Origin: Blastocladiella emersonii ATCC 22665
Lineage: Eukaryota; Fungi; Blastocladiomycota
Assembly (NCBI GenBank): GCA_025594325.1
Contig: JANHCV010000016.1
Span: 434,001 to 498,000 of the forward strand
Length of the DNA stretch: 64,000 nt
Direction: 5' to 3'
Made by a program: the position numbers and the translations under genes. Below the pieces are notes generated by a model. That model saw only the letters and a list, made by a program, of their open reading frames with translations. It was not told the origin of the DNA and did not search any database. Positions 1 to 12,240 of the stretch are shown in pieces. Within the stretch, counting starts at the first letter, position 1, and each line of letters begins with the position of its first letter.

Positions 1-1435
1 TCTCGTAGCGCGCGTGAATGTCGCGGACCAGGCGCGTCTTGGTGATGATCCTACCCGCCGTCCCGCGTCAGTTTCGCCACCCTCACCCTCACCCCTCACC
101 ACAAGCACCGTACTCGATCCGCAGATTCTCGAGCTTCCGCCTCCTCGTCTCGGCGGCGCGTCGGGACCGCGCGCTCTTAGAGCTGCGCCACGCCATGTAG
201 TTGGTCCTGCGGCGGTACTGGAGCAGCTTCTCGGCCATCTCCTTGAGCGTGTTGACCTGGACGGGCCGGCCGACGACCAAACCGTCGGCACCGTTGGTCC
301 CCGCCGCCCCGGCAGCCGCACCCCCGCCCTGCCGCGTCCGGTGGCCGTGGTGCCCGGCGCGGTGCGCATTCGACCCGCGCCCGCCGTGGTGCGGCCCGCC
401 GGGCTGCTTGCTGTGGCTCGTGCGCGAGCTGCCCGTCTGCGAGCCCGCATCGGGCGGGGTCTCGCCGTCGCCGTCGCCATCCTCACTGCCCGGCGCCTCG
501 GGCTGCGCGTCGATAGAGAGGGCAGCCGCCGAGGAGGCGGACTTGGCCGCCGCCCGCTCACGCGGGTGCAGCACGACGCGAAAGTGGCGGCGCGGGCGGT
601 AGATTCGGCGAAGCTCGGCGGCGGGGACGACGGCGACGGGTGATGCCGCATTTGGAGTTGCGGGCGACGTGGTGCCGTGGCCGCGGATGTACACGACGGG
701 TTTGAGCTTAGTCGGGACCGCGGTCGCGCTGGCCGGCCCGTGCGTCGGATGAGCCGCGACGCGCGGCGGCGCGGGCGAGCGGGGTCGTTGCGGGTCGTGT
801 GCGGGCGAGAGCGGGAGTGGTGGAGGCGGCGAGGTCAGAGGTGGTGGAGGCGGCTTCGCGGTCGGCGCGTTGGAGAGCGCCTTGGTGCCCGGTGACGCGT
901 AGCGGGTCGACGGCGCGGCGCGTTCATCCTCGGCCAGCCCGGCAGGCGCGTGCGGGATCAGGCGGCGCATGGACCCGGTGCTCCCGGGCATCGGAGACCG
1001 GATCGCGCGCATGCGGTCGAGCCGCGACATGGGCTTAGTGGGTGCGAGCGAGTTGGAGGAGCCGAGCGGGGAGGCCGGACCCGCGAGCGCGCGCAGCGGG
1101 GGCATCTCGAGTGCGCCGGCGCCGCACGATGCCGAGGGCGATGGCGGGGTTGGCGCGACCGAGGCGAAGGATCCGGCGCGCGAGCCCATGAGGCCGAGTG
1201 ACAGGCGGTCGCCGTCGGCCTCCTGGCTCGCACCAGCGGCGGCGGCGAAGAGCGAGCCGGGCAGCGGGCGCGCGAACCCGGACTTGCGCAGGGCGCGCTT
1301 GACCTTCGGGTGATCATTGGGTTCCCTGGTTGTCGGCAGGCTCACGAGGGTGCCGTGCGAGGTGGCGCGCACGGCGCGGACGTGCAGGGTCGGGACGGCG
1401 TCGCGGTTGGCCGACGCGAGCGAGCGGGCCGACAT
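1..1435 (-). CDS. Hypothetical protein with long low-complexity N-terminus; 3' part runs off the left edge of the window
   Basis: ORF 89-1435. A GT-AG intron at 113..51 (GTACGG donor, ACTGAC branch) extends the frame ...LENLRIE|IITKTRLVRDIHARYE to position 1. No domain recognised. Confidence 0.6.
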
Positions 1436-1513
1436 GGCGGGTTCATTGGCTTCGTTTCATGTGGTTCGCGTGGTTGAGGGAGTGTGAGCACGTCGTCGAC
1501 ACGCTGAGCAAAA

Positions 1514-1525
1514 GTGTCTCGCACC
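1514..1525 (+). promoter_or_regulatory. TGTCTCGCACC intergenic motif (copy in the gene1/SHO1 divergent promoter; five more exact copies listed in findings)
   Basis: Exact 11-mer seen at 1515, 6606, 31306, 42448 (+) and at 52768, 58257 (reverse complement), all non-coding. Confidence 0.55.
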
Positions 1526-2026
1526 GGGGCGCGAGAACGTGTCGCGAAACGGCGTGAGGTCACGCGGGCCGCCGCCGCTCGTTTCTCGCCTCTCGTTTCA
1601 CGGCGCCGCACAAGCGGGCGCCACTTTCCGCGCCGAGCTCGGCCACCGCCACACCTCCTCGACCCTGCTTTCCTACGCTCGAGCGATTATAGACGGCGCA
1701 CTGCCACTTGCAGCATCCTGCTCGGTACGGCCATGGCGATGTGATCCTGCCGTGGGCAATGGCGGTGGAGGGGGGTAGAGGCAGACCAAGTGTGCGGCGT
1801 CGGGCTTGCCTGCACTCGCTTGACCAGCTCGGCTGCCCCCACCCCACGACCTCGCTCCCGCACTCTCATTAATCGACGACCTCGCTGCTGCTGCGCACCG
1901 GCCCAACTACAGTGTAGACGCCCACCACCGCTCATCACTCTCCCCAACTGCGTGCTCGCGCATCGTGTTGCAGCATCGCATCTCGCCCTACACCTAGACG
2001 CACGCACGCACCCTTGCACCACACTC

Positions 2027-2986
2027 ATGGCGTCGTCCATGAAAGCTGCCGGCGGGTTCACGCCCGCGAACCTGTGGGGCTCGCTGTTCCTTCTCGTGAC
2101 GGCGGCGACCGCCTTCATCGGCTGGCTAGTGTCCTTCATCGGGCTCATCATCATCACGACCAAGGTCGACAACGCCAACGGGACCTCGGTCGGGTGGTTC
2201 ACGTCGCTCTTCTCGCTGACGCTGCTGGCCGCGACGTTGGTCCTCGTCATGATGGGCAACTTCAACCCAGGCCCGTACCGGTGGACGCTGGCGCACGCGC
2301 TCGTCTTCGACTCGGTGCTGACTGTCACCTTCATGGAGAAGGTCACGTCCGCCAAGGGGCTCGGCGTCGCCGTCGGCCTGTACCTGTTCGGCACCATCCT
2401 GCTGCTCATCGTGCAGCTGCTGTGGGTCGTGTACCTGACGGCCGAGCAGGACTCGCCCCTGACGCGCGCCCTCGAGCGGTACGACGCGCCCTACGTCGCC
2501 GAGGCCCGCGCCCTCAAGCGCCGCACCATGCTGTCCATGGCCGGCCCGCCGCAGCTGCCGTTCGCCGCCCCCGTCTCGCCCATCACCATCCCTATGCCCA
2601 ACCACGGCAACGGCAACGGCGGCGTCCCGCCCATGCCCAACGGCGGCCTCGGCCAGCCCATGTTCGGCAACCTCGAGGCCAAGCCCTCGCAGACCCACCT
2701 CGCCCCCGCCGTCGAGGCCTCGGGCATCCCTGCCGCGCAGCAGCAGCAGCCCGCGAACGACGCCGGGTCCGAGGTCGGGTCCTCGGTCGAGTCGCTCGTC
2801 TTCGCGTACCGCGCCAAGGCCCTGTTCGCGTACGCGGCCAACCCCGAGGACCCGCAGGAGGTGTCCTTCGACAAGGACGAGATCATGGACATTGCCAACC
2901 CGCACGGCAACCGCTGGTGGCAGGCCCGCCGCGCCAACGGGCAGGTCGGCATCGTGCCCAGCAACTACCTCCAGCTGCTCCAGTAA
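2027..2986 (+). CDS. SHO1: Sho1 high-osmolarity sensor (4 TM helices + C-terminal SH3)
   Basis: Four hydrophobic segments, then SH3 domain YRAKALFAYAANPEDPQEVSFDKDE...RWWQARRANGQVGIVPSNYL. Start taken at ATG 2027. Confidence 0.9.
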   Translation: MASSMKAAGGFTPANLWGSLFLLVTAATAFIGWLVSFIGLIIITTKVDNANGTSVGWFTSLFSLTLLAATLVLVMMGNFNPGPYRWTLAHALVFDSVLTVTFMEKVTSAKGLGVAVGLYLFGTILLLIVQLLWVVYLTAEQDSPLTRALERYDAPYVAEARALKRRTMLSMAGPPQLPFAAPVSPITIPMPNHGNGNGGVPPMPNGGLGQPMFGNLEAKPSQTHLAPAVEASGIPAAQQQQPANDAGSEVGSSVESLVFAYRAKALFAYAANPEDPQEVSFDKDEIMDIANPHGNRWWQARRANGQVGIVPSNYLQLLQ

Positions 2987-3657
2987 CTTTTGTGTGTGTC
3001 CCATGACTGCCTCCCCCCTCCCCTCGTTTTTGTTGTACCTCTACACGGAGCGGTTTTGTTTCCTCGGTTGATTGATAGACGTGTGTGTTCGCGCCCGTTC
3101 AGCTCGACTTGGTCGGTGAGGCGCAACGCGACTTCTCTCCCCCATCGCTCGACGCAACCATGGAATCCTCGCTAAACTCGGTCTTTGACAAAATGTAAGC
3201 CCATGCATTCTTGCCACGACATTCATCAACATCTAACCGCAGAGCTGGCCGAAGCGTCGCCGCGTCGCCGTCGACCGGCCTGCTCCTCCTCGACGATGCC
3301 GCCCTGACCATCAAGGGTACTAACCTCTGTTGCAGTCCTACCGGCACTCCACTGACCACCTCGACGTGCAGCCACGTCGTCTCCATCCGTCCCAACCTCA
3401 GTCCCGTGGCCCTCGTACGCCTCGGCCGACGGCGGCGTCGCGGCAGTCACCGTTGACGGACGGTACGCTCCCTTCGCACTCCCTCCCCCCTCCCGCTCAG
3501 GTCGCTAACACGGCCAGCGTAGGCGATACCTCGTGCACAAGCGCAACGGGTTCACGCTAGTCCAGACGGCCGCCGCGGCGCCCGCTGCGGGCGGTCCGTC
3601 AGGCGCCAAGGCCTCGTAGCCTGCTGCCTGCGCAGAAGTGGTATTATATAAACGTCA

Positions 3658-5537
3658 TCACTCGGACTCGGAGTACATGGCGACCGTTGGGTACACCCTC
3701 CACGGCTCGATCCCTTCAGGCACGGGCTCCTTTCCCGCCTCCTCCTGGGCCTTCTTGACCGCGACGAGCCGCTGCTTCTCCGCCTCTTCCTCGGCCTCGC
3801 TATCCGTATCCCCGGTATGCACACGCGCAGGCTTCGGCGGCCCACCTGCGGCCAAAACGCGAGCGCGCGCGAGCCCCGCGACGAGCCCCTCCTGGATCCC
3901 CGCGTGGTGCGCGCGGACCAGCACCCCGTGCACGGCGTCGGCGTGGACGAGCGTGGCGCCGAGCGCGAGCACCAGCTTCAGCGCGTACGGGAAGTTGGCG
4001 TTGCCCGAGTGCAGCGCCGTCCATAGAAGGTACATGGCGGGGAACAGGAGCGAGGTCGCGAAGAAGACGGCGGCTGCGGGGAAGGCGTAGCGGTAGTCTA
4101 CAGCAGGGTGGGAGGTTAGTGGTGTGTGAAGGAGCGGGAGAGGGAGGGAGGGATGTAACTAACGTACACTTCCACGTGTTGGCGTACAGCGGGAGGAAGG
4201 CGAGCCACAGCGCGTAGTCGCCGCACGTCGGGTACGCGCGCAGCGTCGCCTGGATCCCGAGGTACGTCGTCAGCGCAAAGATCGGGAGCTCGGCGCTAAA
4301 CCGCGCAAGAGTCAGCATTCGGTCCGGCTCAAGTCGTCGACATGGACGTACCCGAAGCGCAGCAGCACAGGGAACAGGTAGACAAAGACGTGGGCTTGGA
4401 ACACGAACACGAAAAACGCGCGGAAGTGGTCAAACACCTCGGTCACAAAGTACCACCACACGCCAATGCTGGGCGACATGTCCGGGACGCGCAGGCTACG
4501 CGCGCAAGAGGGGGATCAGTATGGTCGCCGCACGGGAGTGTGAGTGGTCGTACATGAACCCGGTCGTGGCGCCGAGCACCTCCCACGAGTCGAGGCCGAG
4601 AACGTGCGTGAAGAACATGTGGAAGACGACGTTCCACATCGCGACGGACATGACGACTGCGGGGATCAGAGCCATGGCGCTCTACATTCGGCGCCCGTGT
4701 CAGCCAGCGCAACCTCGCACGCAACCAGGAGAGGAAACGCACCAGCTTCTCCGACCGACGCAGAATTAGGGCAATGATCGGTACGAGGACGATCGGGTAA
4801 AACCCTAGCTGCGCGGCGGCCGCCAGCGCACACGCCGCCCACATGCGGTCGCCCGCGACCGCGCGCTGCGCCGCGAGGACAACGAGGGCGCGCTCGATCC
4901 CGCCCGTCTCCATGCCGAGACACGCTGCGATCGCGAGCGGGTTCGCCCCGTACGCGAGCGCGACGCGCGCGGGCGTCCACTCGACGCCACCGCCGCGCCG
5001 GTCCACGCCGACCTGCGGGCCCACGGGCAGGTGCGCCGCGGGCTCGAGCTCGGGCTGCTTGCGCGCAATGTACGCCAGCATCGCGGCGACGCTCACGTCG
5101 ACGAGGATGCAGACCCACGGGTGCGCGGCGGGCGGGAGCGCGGCGAAGAAGGGGAGGAGCAGCGGCGACTGGTGGAACACGTCGTTGGCGTACAGCGGCA
5201 GGCCGCGCGTGTACAGGTACAGGCCTTCCTGAACTAGATGACTCGCGAGTGCGTTAGGATTACGTCGAGCTCAAGAGTGCGGGACGGCGAACGTACATCG
5301 CTTCCACGACGTGACGGGCGTGCTGACCGCGACAAACTCGCGCAGCGTGGCGAGAGCCGAAGTCGGGAGACCCACGAGCAGCGCCGCACGGAGTGCAAAG
5401 GCCGCAGCGAGAACGGCATAGAGGTGCCATGCCGGATCAGCGGTTGACGCTGCGGGGGCCGCAGGTCCGGAAGGCACCGGCACCGGCGCTGCGGCCTTTG
5501 TGGCCTCAGGTTCGGGATTCGTCTTTGTAGGATTCAT
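3658..5537 (-). CDS. GAB1: GPI transamidase subunit PIG-U/Gab1, multi-exon
   Basis: Exon pieces STPVTSWKR, EGLYLYTRGLPLYANDVFHQSPLLL, SIGVWWYFVTEVFDHFRAFFVFVFQ, AYPTCGD and GNANF match PIG-U motifs. Several short introns are present; not all junctions were resolved. Confidence 0.85.
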
Positions 5538-6846
5538 TGAAGCGTATTGCGGCCAGTGAGGGCACGTTGTTGCATGGGATATGGGTGTGGTGCGTGGTCG
5601 AATAGGGTAAGACGGTCAGCGTGGCGGCAGCAGCGAGCGCCCTCGCGCGGCGCACCTCGTGCGGCACGGGCCCATGAACGACGCGATAGGCGACAACTGG
5701 CCAGCTGGACTTGCCGACGCGCCCGAACACCGTGTGAGGTGCCCACTGCCAGTCCACCATTGTTAGGATCAACAGGTGCAGCCGCTCACGGTGCCCGACG
5801 GTGTGTCGATGTGCGCGGTGCGCCGCCGTGGCGCACACTTGAGCATCACAAGTTCGATCAAGCGGACCAAAGCTTCGTGACTCGCGCCGTCCCATTTACT
5901 CTATGGACGCGTCGATGGCCTCGTCGTGGGGCATGTGGATCTTCACGTGCTGTCCGCGCTCCTCTGACGCATCAAGTCCACCGCCCACGCGAGCCAACTC
6001 ACCCTCTCTGGGCCAAAGCCAGTTGACATGCAATGTACCGCATTTGCTCACGAAACTTCATACAACACGCAGATTTCAACTGATCGCGTCTGTTAACGCT
6101 AAAAGAGCACTTCTTTCTCGCGTCATGGTCCCCGCGCGGCGTGTAGCCCGGCGGGTTGTCCGTTGATCCGCGACCCACAAATTTCGGGCACAATCTCGAC
6201 CGTGTGTCGACGTACTGTATAATCCATCACGGTCGGATCCGCCTCCTTTCAGGCCTTTCGTGTCACGTTGATATTTTCGAGCGCTGGTTCTCGTTGCGGG
6301 TGACGCGCGGCCACGCCGCGGCTGCAACCTCGCGTCCACGGTCCTTGATGCGCCGGGCCAGCAGCCAATCCACCGTCGCCGCTCCAGCATCCACGCGATC
6401 CCTCTTCCTCCCCGCGCGCGCGCTGTGAAAAGGCCGCACCACGCGCACGGGGAGGAAGCCTGGTCGAGTGGGGCGGCGAGGGTCGCCCGCTGGCACGGCT
6501 GCTTTGGGAGACGCGGGCGCGGCTGGTTTGTGTTTGAATATAGTAGATCTGAATTTTTAAGTATCGTCTCTTGAGCTTATTCAAAGCGTTCGCAAAGGGG
6601 AGACATGTCTCGCACCCGTCACGTGTTTGCGTGACGCGTCCATGAGCTCGTCGCCGCCGCGAGCACGATCGCTGCTTCGGCCGGCTCCCCTGCTTCGGCG
6701 AGTCCGCGTCGCGTCCATTGAGGCCCATCGAGAACGTTCTTCAAGTCGTACGAGTGAGCGAGGCGAGAGAGGTAGGTAATCAAGTGTACAATTATCAATC
6801 CTCGCAACAAAGTCTCTCTTTCATCATCAACAAAATCAGTCTACTA

Positions 6847-8862
6847 CTACGCGCTCCAGTGCACCTCGGACGCGCGGGCCGCGCGGTGATGCGCCGCCGC
6901 CCCACGCGCTGTTGGCGGCACGAACGCGTGGCCGAACGGGCGGTCGCGGTCGCGGGGCTCGGCGCTGGCGCGCGCGACGCCGCCCCACCACGCCGTGGAC
7001 GCGAGCGGTGGCGGGTGCGCGTGCCGCGACGCGCCGGGCATCGGGCCCGAGGCCGCAGCGGCGGCGGACGCGCGCCACTGCGACTCCTCGTCGGGCGACG
7101 GGAGCGGGGTGCCGAACCGGGAAGACGGGCCCGAGGCGGGCGGCGGCTGCTGCTGGTCGGCGGCCGAGGTGAAGGGCGCCGGGGCCGAGCCGGGCGACAT
7201 GGGCGACGGCGGCTGGGTGCCGGCGTACGGCCGCGCGGCGGTGTAATAGTCCTCGGGCGCCGCGACCGTGGGCGAGGATGCGCGGAACACGAACCGGTCG
7301 AGCGTGGTGGTCGAGGACGCGTTGGGCGCGGCGCTACCGGCACCACCGCCGCCGGACCCGCTCGTGGCCGACGCGGCGCTGAGGCCGAGACTGCTGGCGC
7401 CGGCGGGGAGCGGGATCACGGAAGACGCGGGCACGGGGCCGGCGGGGGTAGGTCCGCGCGACGGGTGCGCGAGGTGCGAGGTGCGGCGCTTGCGCAGCGG
7501 CGTGTCGACGAGCAGCGACGACGACCAGTTGAGCTGGTCCGACAGGCCGGGCGCGGACCCGTTGGTGCCCGTGGCGGCACCGGCCATGTTCGAGGGCGCC
7601 GGGGTGTCGTCGTAGTTGAGGTACACGGGGAAGAAGGGCGACTGGCCGCGGGCGTTGCCGAACCGGGTGCCGAACGACGACGCGTGGCAGTGATGGTGGT
7701 GGTGCGGCGAGAAGGGTTGCTGCTGCTGGTAGTACGGGTACGCGTAGACCTGCTGCTGCTGCTGCTGGACCTCCGGGACCGGGGCCAGGTTCGGGTAGGC
7801 CGGGTCGTAGTAGTAGTTGCTGCTGAACTGCTGCTGCTGCTGGTACGGGTCGAGGTAGGCCGACGTGTACTGCTGCTGATACTGGTGGTACTGGTACTGG
7901 GGCAGGTCGCCGAGGTGCGAGGCGCCCGAGTCGGCGTCGCTGTGGAACGAGCCCGTCGACGAGTGGGCGTGGGCGGGCACGGGCACGGGCACGGGCACGG
8001 GGCCCGACGCGTTGCCGGCGAGCGTGGCCTCGTCAATGTAAGTGGTGAAGAGCTGGTCGACGTTGGGCTCGGCGGCGGGGAGCTCGGGTGCCGAGAAGGC
8101 CGGGTCGAGGGGCGACGCGGACCGGCCGGCGTCGCCGCCGAACGCGGGCGAGGGCGCCGCGTCGGTCGAGAAGTCGGGCGAGGCGGGCGCATCCCCAAAG
8201 TAGGCGAGGAAGCGGTGGAAGAAGGCCTCGGCGGCGCGGGTGCCGGCCTCGTCGTCGTCGGCGACAGCAGGCGGGGCAGGTGCGCGCGCGGCGGCCTCGT
8301 CGGCCGTCAGCTCGCCCTCCTCGGGCTCGGACTCGGGCTCGCTGAGACCGGCCGAGTCGACGTCGGCGTCATCATCATCGTCTGCATCATCGTCGGGGCA
8401 CGAGTCAGCGTCCGAGTCGGCATCGTCAGCATCAGCGTACACGGCGTCGGGCGCAGCGGCAAAGGCCGAGAGCGGGAGCGAGGCCGTGTCGTCCCAGTCA
8501 TCCTCGTCGCTGTAGTAGCGGACGGGCGTCGCGTCGTAGGAAGCCGAGGCCGAGGCGGACGCCGTAGCCGAGGTGGTAGCGGGCAGGTGGTGGAGCGACT
8601 CGGTCGAGGCGGCCCAGCTCGAGTGGCTCGGGTCCGTGGCGGTCAGCGAGGCCGAGGCCGACGAGGCGCTGGACGCGTCCCAGAACACGGGCAGGTCGAG
8701 CGGGAACACGGCGGCGGCGGCAGCAGCGGCCGCGGCCAGGTCGAGGTCCGAGACGGCGGCGGCCGCGGCCGAGGGCGACGAGGGCGAGTAGGCGAACGAC
8801 GCAGCGCCAGCAGCAGCGGCGGGCTCCGAAGTGGAGCGCGGAGGCGTGGACACGGCCGACAT
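6847..8862 (-). CDS. Low-complexity protein with acidic tract and Q/Y/H-rich segment, function unknown
   Basis: Open frame 6847-9654. The likely start is ATG 8862 (ACCGACATG), downstream of an acceptor-like TTTTGGTTCTTGCAG near 8941. No folded domain recognised. Confidence 0.55.
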   Translation of the reverse strand: MSAVSTPPRSTSEPAAAAGAASFAYSPSSPSAAAAAVSDLDLAAAAAAAAAVFPLDLPVFWDASSASSASASLTATDPSHSSWAASTESLHHLPATTSATASASASASYDATPVRYYSDEDDWDDTASLPLSAFAAAPDAVYADADDADSDADSCPDDDADDDDDADVDSAGLSEPESEPEEGELTADEAAARAPAPPAVADDDEAGTRAAEAFFHRFLAYFGDAPASPDFSTDAAPSPAFGGDAGRSASPLDPAFSAPELPAAEPNVDQLFTTYIDEATLAGNASGPVPVPVPVPAHAHSSTGSFHSDADSGASHLGDLPQYQYHQYQQQYTSAYLDPYQQQQQFSSNYYYDPAYPNLAPVPEVQQQQQQVYAYPYYQQQQPFSPHHHHHCHASSFGTRFGNARGQSPFFPVYLNYDDTPAPSNMAGAATGTNGSAPGLSDQLNWSSSLLVDTPLRKRRTSHLAHPSRGPTPAGPVPASSVIPLPAGASSLGLSAASATSGSGGGGAGSAAPNASSTTTLDRFVFRASSPTVAAPEDYYTAARPYAGTQPPSPMSPGSAPAPFTSAADQQQPPPASGPSSRFGTPLPSPDEESQWRASAAAAASGPMPGASRHAHPPPLASTAWWGGVARASAEPRDRDRPFGHAFVPPTARGAAAHHRAARASEVHWSA

Positions 8863-10264
8863 GTCGGTGGTAATGGCGGCGTGCAGTGGTTCTTGTCGAG
8901 TCACACGAGACTCAAGGTGGGCCAGCGAAGAATCGAGGCCTGCAAGAACCAAAAGTGAGCCATGAGCGTCCGTGGTAGCAGCTGCACGGGCGGGCCGAGC
9001 AGCAGCAGCAGCGGGAGCGCAGTAGTACCTGGTGGAGAAGTGGGCCGTGGCGGCGTCGTTGCGCGGCGGGAAGATGGCGGCGGCAGAGGCGATCGAGGAG
9101 CAGAGGGGGCTGCAGCAGAGGGCGGGGGCAGCAGATGGGTCGACGGCGATGGAGGCAGTCGACGACGGGGCGAAGGGGGAGGTGGTGGCGAGGCAGAGGG
9201 ACGAGTCGGAGCGGAGGCGAGAGTTTTTTTGCGTTGGAGGGTAATAGAGGGAGGCGTTGTCGGGCGAGACAGGCATGGCGGGCGAGGGCGAGGCAACGGA
9301 CGGCGGTCGGCACAGACGGCGACGACGGCGGACGGGAGGGATGGGAGGGGACGACTCGGCAACAACAGCGACGGCGGCGGCGATGAGTGCAGCAGCAGCG
9401 ACGTGGAGAGGATGAGGGGACCGAGGGGGGAGTAGAGCGTGACTTGACTGTGTGCTGGGGGAGAGTGCACGAGCAGACGGCGGACAATGATTGAGTGATA
9501 CAGCGCACAGAGATGGAGGGAGGGCGGGTGGGGAGCGAGGGCGAGCGGGCGGGCGGGCAGCGGGGATGCGCGCGAGACGAGAAAAAAAATGCGTGGAAAA
9601 AAAATCGGGCGGACTCGGCTTGCGCGATCGCGTTGGCGATGGGGAGAGGGACACACACGCGCGAAGAGGGAGATGCGCGGAGGTTGTCGAGCTGCTATGC
9701 GAGGAGGGAGGATGAGGAGAGGAGAGGGGGAGAGAGAGCAGGGTCGCCCTTTATAGCCGGGCCTCGGAGCGCACGCAGCAGGCAGGGTGGGCCGCGCCGC
9801 GACGCGTCGGGCGAGCAAGCTGGAGCCGGCGCCCGCCGTCGCTGCGTGCACCCGCACACGGCTCCCTGCGCTGCGCGGCTCGCCCACCTCGCGCGCTCCT
9901 GCCTCCCAAGCGAGGGCGACTGCAAGTCCCCGGCGCGTGATTCTCACCCGCCGCCGTGCACCCCGCGCCGGCGGGATGGGATGCGCCCCGCGTGTCCCCC
10001 ATGCGCGCTGCGGTGGTGCGGCCCGCATCACCGCTCGCGCTCCATCGACGCCGCGGGGGGCCGGTCGGGTGTGGGCGACGGTCGGCCAGCGCCGGCCCGG
10101 CGACGTGGCGCGTGGCGTTGCGCGGCCCACGTGTTGCGGCGTTTTCTCTGTTCCTCGCTCGGCGATCCTTTCTTCGGTCGCGGCGTCTCCTTCTCCCTTC
10201 GCTTCCCCGCACACGACCGCACACCACGCATCGCCACCACCACATCAAGCAACGCATCACCGCC

Positions 10265-10936
10265 ATGGCACCAGCCCCATCCGCGACCTCGCGCACCGAG
10301 CTGCCCGACTACTACGCGACGCTGCAGGTCGCCCCGTCCGCCGCCTTCAAGGACATTCTCGCCGCGTACCAGCGCGAGGCCCTGCGCCTGCACCCGGACC
10401 TGCACCCCAAGGACGGCGTGACCGACGCCGCCTTTGCGCTCGTCAACGAGGCCTACGTCGTGCTGTCGGACCCGACCCGCCGCAAAAAGTACGACGCGGC
10501 GCGCGGCCGCCTGCTCGCCGTCGCCGGGCCCGACCGCCCCGCGGGCACCACCATCAACGCCACGGTCGCCGCCGAGGTCCAGCGCGCCTTTACGCAGTTC
10601 CTCGGCGTCAACCTGTCGGTGCTCGACGTGTTCGACGAGGTGTTCGAGCCGCTGATCGCCGAGGAGCTCGAGCACGACGAGGACGGCACCGTGCGTGCCA
10701 AGGTCACCCCCGCATCGACGAGCACCGGCTGGTCCTACACGGGCGCCCTGTCGGCCTCGGTCCTCGGGTTCATCATCGGCAACGTTCCCGGCGCCATTGT
10801 CGGCGGCATGGCCGGATACAAGCTCGGTCAGGTCCGCGACAAGTCGGGCAAGGCCGTCATCGAGGTCTGGCGCGACCTTGACTCGCACCACCGCCAGACG
10901 GTCCTCGGCCGCCTCGCCCGCAAGCTCATCTTCTGA
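10265..10936 (+). CDS. J-domain (DnaJ) protein with C-terminal glycine-zipper-like hydrophobic segment (copy 1)
   Basis: DYYATLQV...HPD...FALVNEAYVVLSDPTRRKKYD J-domain, followed by GFIIGNVPGAIVGGMAG. Confidence 0.85.
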   Translation: MAPAPSATSRTELPDYYATLQVAPSAAFKDILAAYQREALRLHPDLHPKDGVTDAAFALVNEAYVVLSDPTRRKKYDAARGRLLAVAGPDRPAGTTINATVAAEVQRAFTQFLGVNLSVLDVFDEVFEPLIAEELEHDEDGTVRAKVTPASTSTGWSYTGALSASVLGFIIGNVPGAIVGGMAGYKLGQVRDKSGKAVIEVWRDLDSHHRQTVLGRLARKLIF

Positions 10937-11217
10937 TGTCGACGACGGCATCGGGCACCCTGTACATTTTTCAACCCGCAAAAGAAACTGCTGTACGCTT
11001 ACCTCGGTGCAGGGGAAGTGGAGGAGGTGATCACGAAGTGGCGCAGCGCGTCGTCCGTTCGCGTGAGGAGCGGTCGTCGACCCAGTGAAGAAAGGTGCAT
11101 TGCGTGCGAAGGTTTCGGATCACATCTCGAGAGAGCATGGGTTAGTCAGGTTGTTAGCGATAATGCTCAGCTATATAGACGGGCCCGCCGGCGAGCCCAC
11201 GGATTGCAAATCATCCG

Positions 11218-11744
11218 ATGAATCACGCGTCGACCCTCAACTCAACCCCTGCTTCGGAGCTCCCCCGTCGCCGCCAGGCGCCACACGTTTTCTCGCGCGG
11301 GATCTACGATCAGGCGAACAGTCACCTGCTCGGCGCTCACCCTGGCGCTCACCCCATCTCGAATGTGCAGGAGATGTTGGCAAGCGCGCCGCGCGGGCTG
11401 GCGCAGCTCCTCACGCCTGGCAACGCCGTGCAGCCGGTCGTGACCGTGCCCACGGACGTGTACAAGCCGTTCCTCGACCAGGCCATCAAGGAACAGGAGC
11501 ACCAGCAGCGTGAGGGCGCGGGCCCGTGGTGGACCGCAGCGGGCGCGACAGCTGCTGCGGGTTTCGGCTTTGTGGCGGCTTTGTGGCAGGTAACGTTCCA
11601 GGCGCGCTTGTGTGCGGGACGTTCGGGGCTGCGGTCGGCTACCTCCACGACCTTTCCAACAAGGCGGCGGTCGAGCTGTGGTCAGATATGCCGCCGGAGG
11701 AACAGCAGAAGGTGCGGCGTAGCGTCGGCTCAATCCGGCTGTAG
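11218..11744 (+). pseudogene. Degenerate paralog of the J-domain/glycine-zipper gene (copy 2)
   Basis: C-terminal homology (GFGFVA/GNVPGALVCGTFGAAVGYLHDLSNKAAVELWSD) is split across two frames by an 11-bp tandem duplication, CGGCTTTGTGG x2 at 11565-11586. No recognisable J-domain or HPD motif. Confidence 0.7.
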
Positions 11745-12240
11745 GAGCGCAGCGTGAGTTGCGCGAGCCTGTTCGGACTGAGTTGCGGTTTTTGTTGTGA
11801 TTTCGAGTGTACGTTGAGGTATATATAAAAGGATTTGATGACGATACCCAAGGATCACACACAGATGCGAGGCGGAGGGCGGCCTGAGGGTCGTCGGCCT
11901 TGCCGCTCTTGAGCAGAACTTGAACGCGATCACGCTGTGGCGCAGCGCGTACTGTCCACTCCTCTGCTTCCAAGTTACGTTCCTGAAAATATCCTCGCAT
12001 CAATGACGCTAGGAACATCGCTTGCAATGTCAATGCACCAGTTCGCGTGATGATATCGCGTACGGGCGGGTCCGTTGGCTGCACCCCCGCCCCCGATCCA
12101 CGTCAGCTTACTGTTGCAACCCGACACGGTCGCTACTGTTCTTATGAGCGACCCTCGCTCGACGCCTATATCATCGAGTACTCGCCCATCACTTGGACGA
12201 GACCAAGCGCTCCCACTCATCATCACCCGAACCATCAGCC

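Noticed and set aside
81-100. CCCTCA-type repeats resembling telomeric sequence
   Set aside because: Only about three imperfect units, located inside a 63-bp intron.
5540-6840. Long intergenic region as a possible tRNA/ncRNA or transposon site
   Set aside because: No cloverleaf or A/B boxes, terminal repeats or transposase motifs could be recognised by eye.
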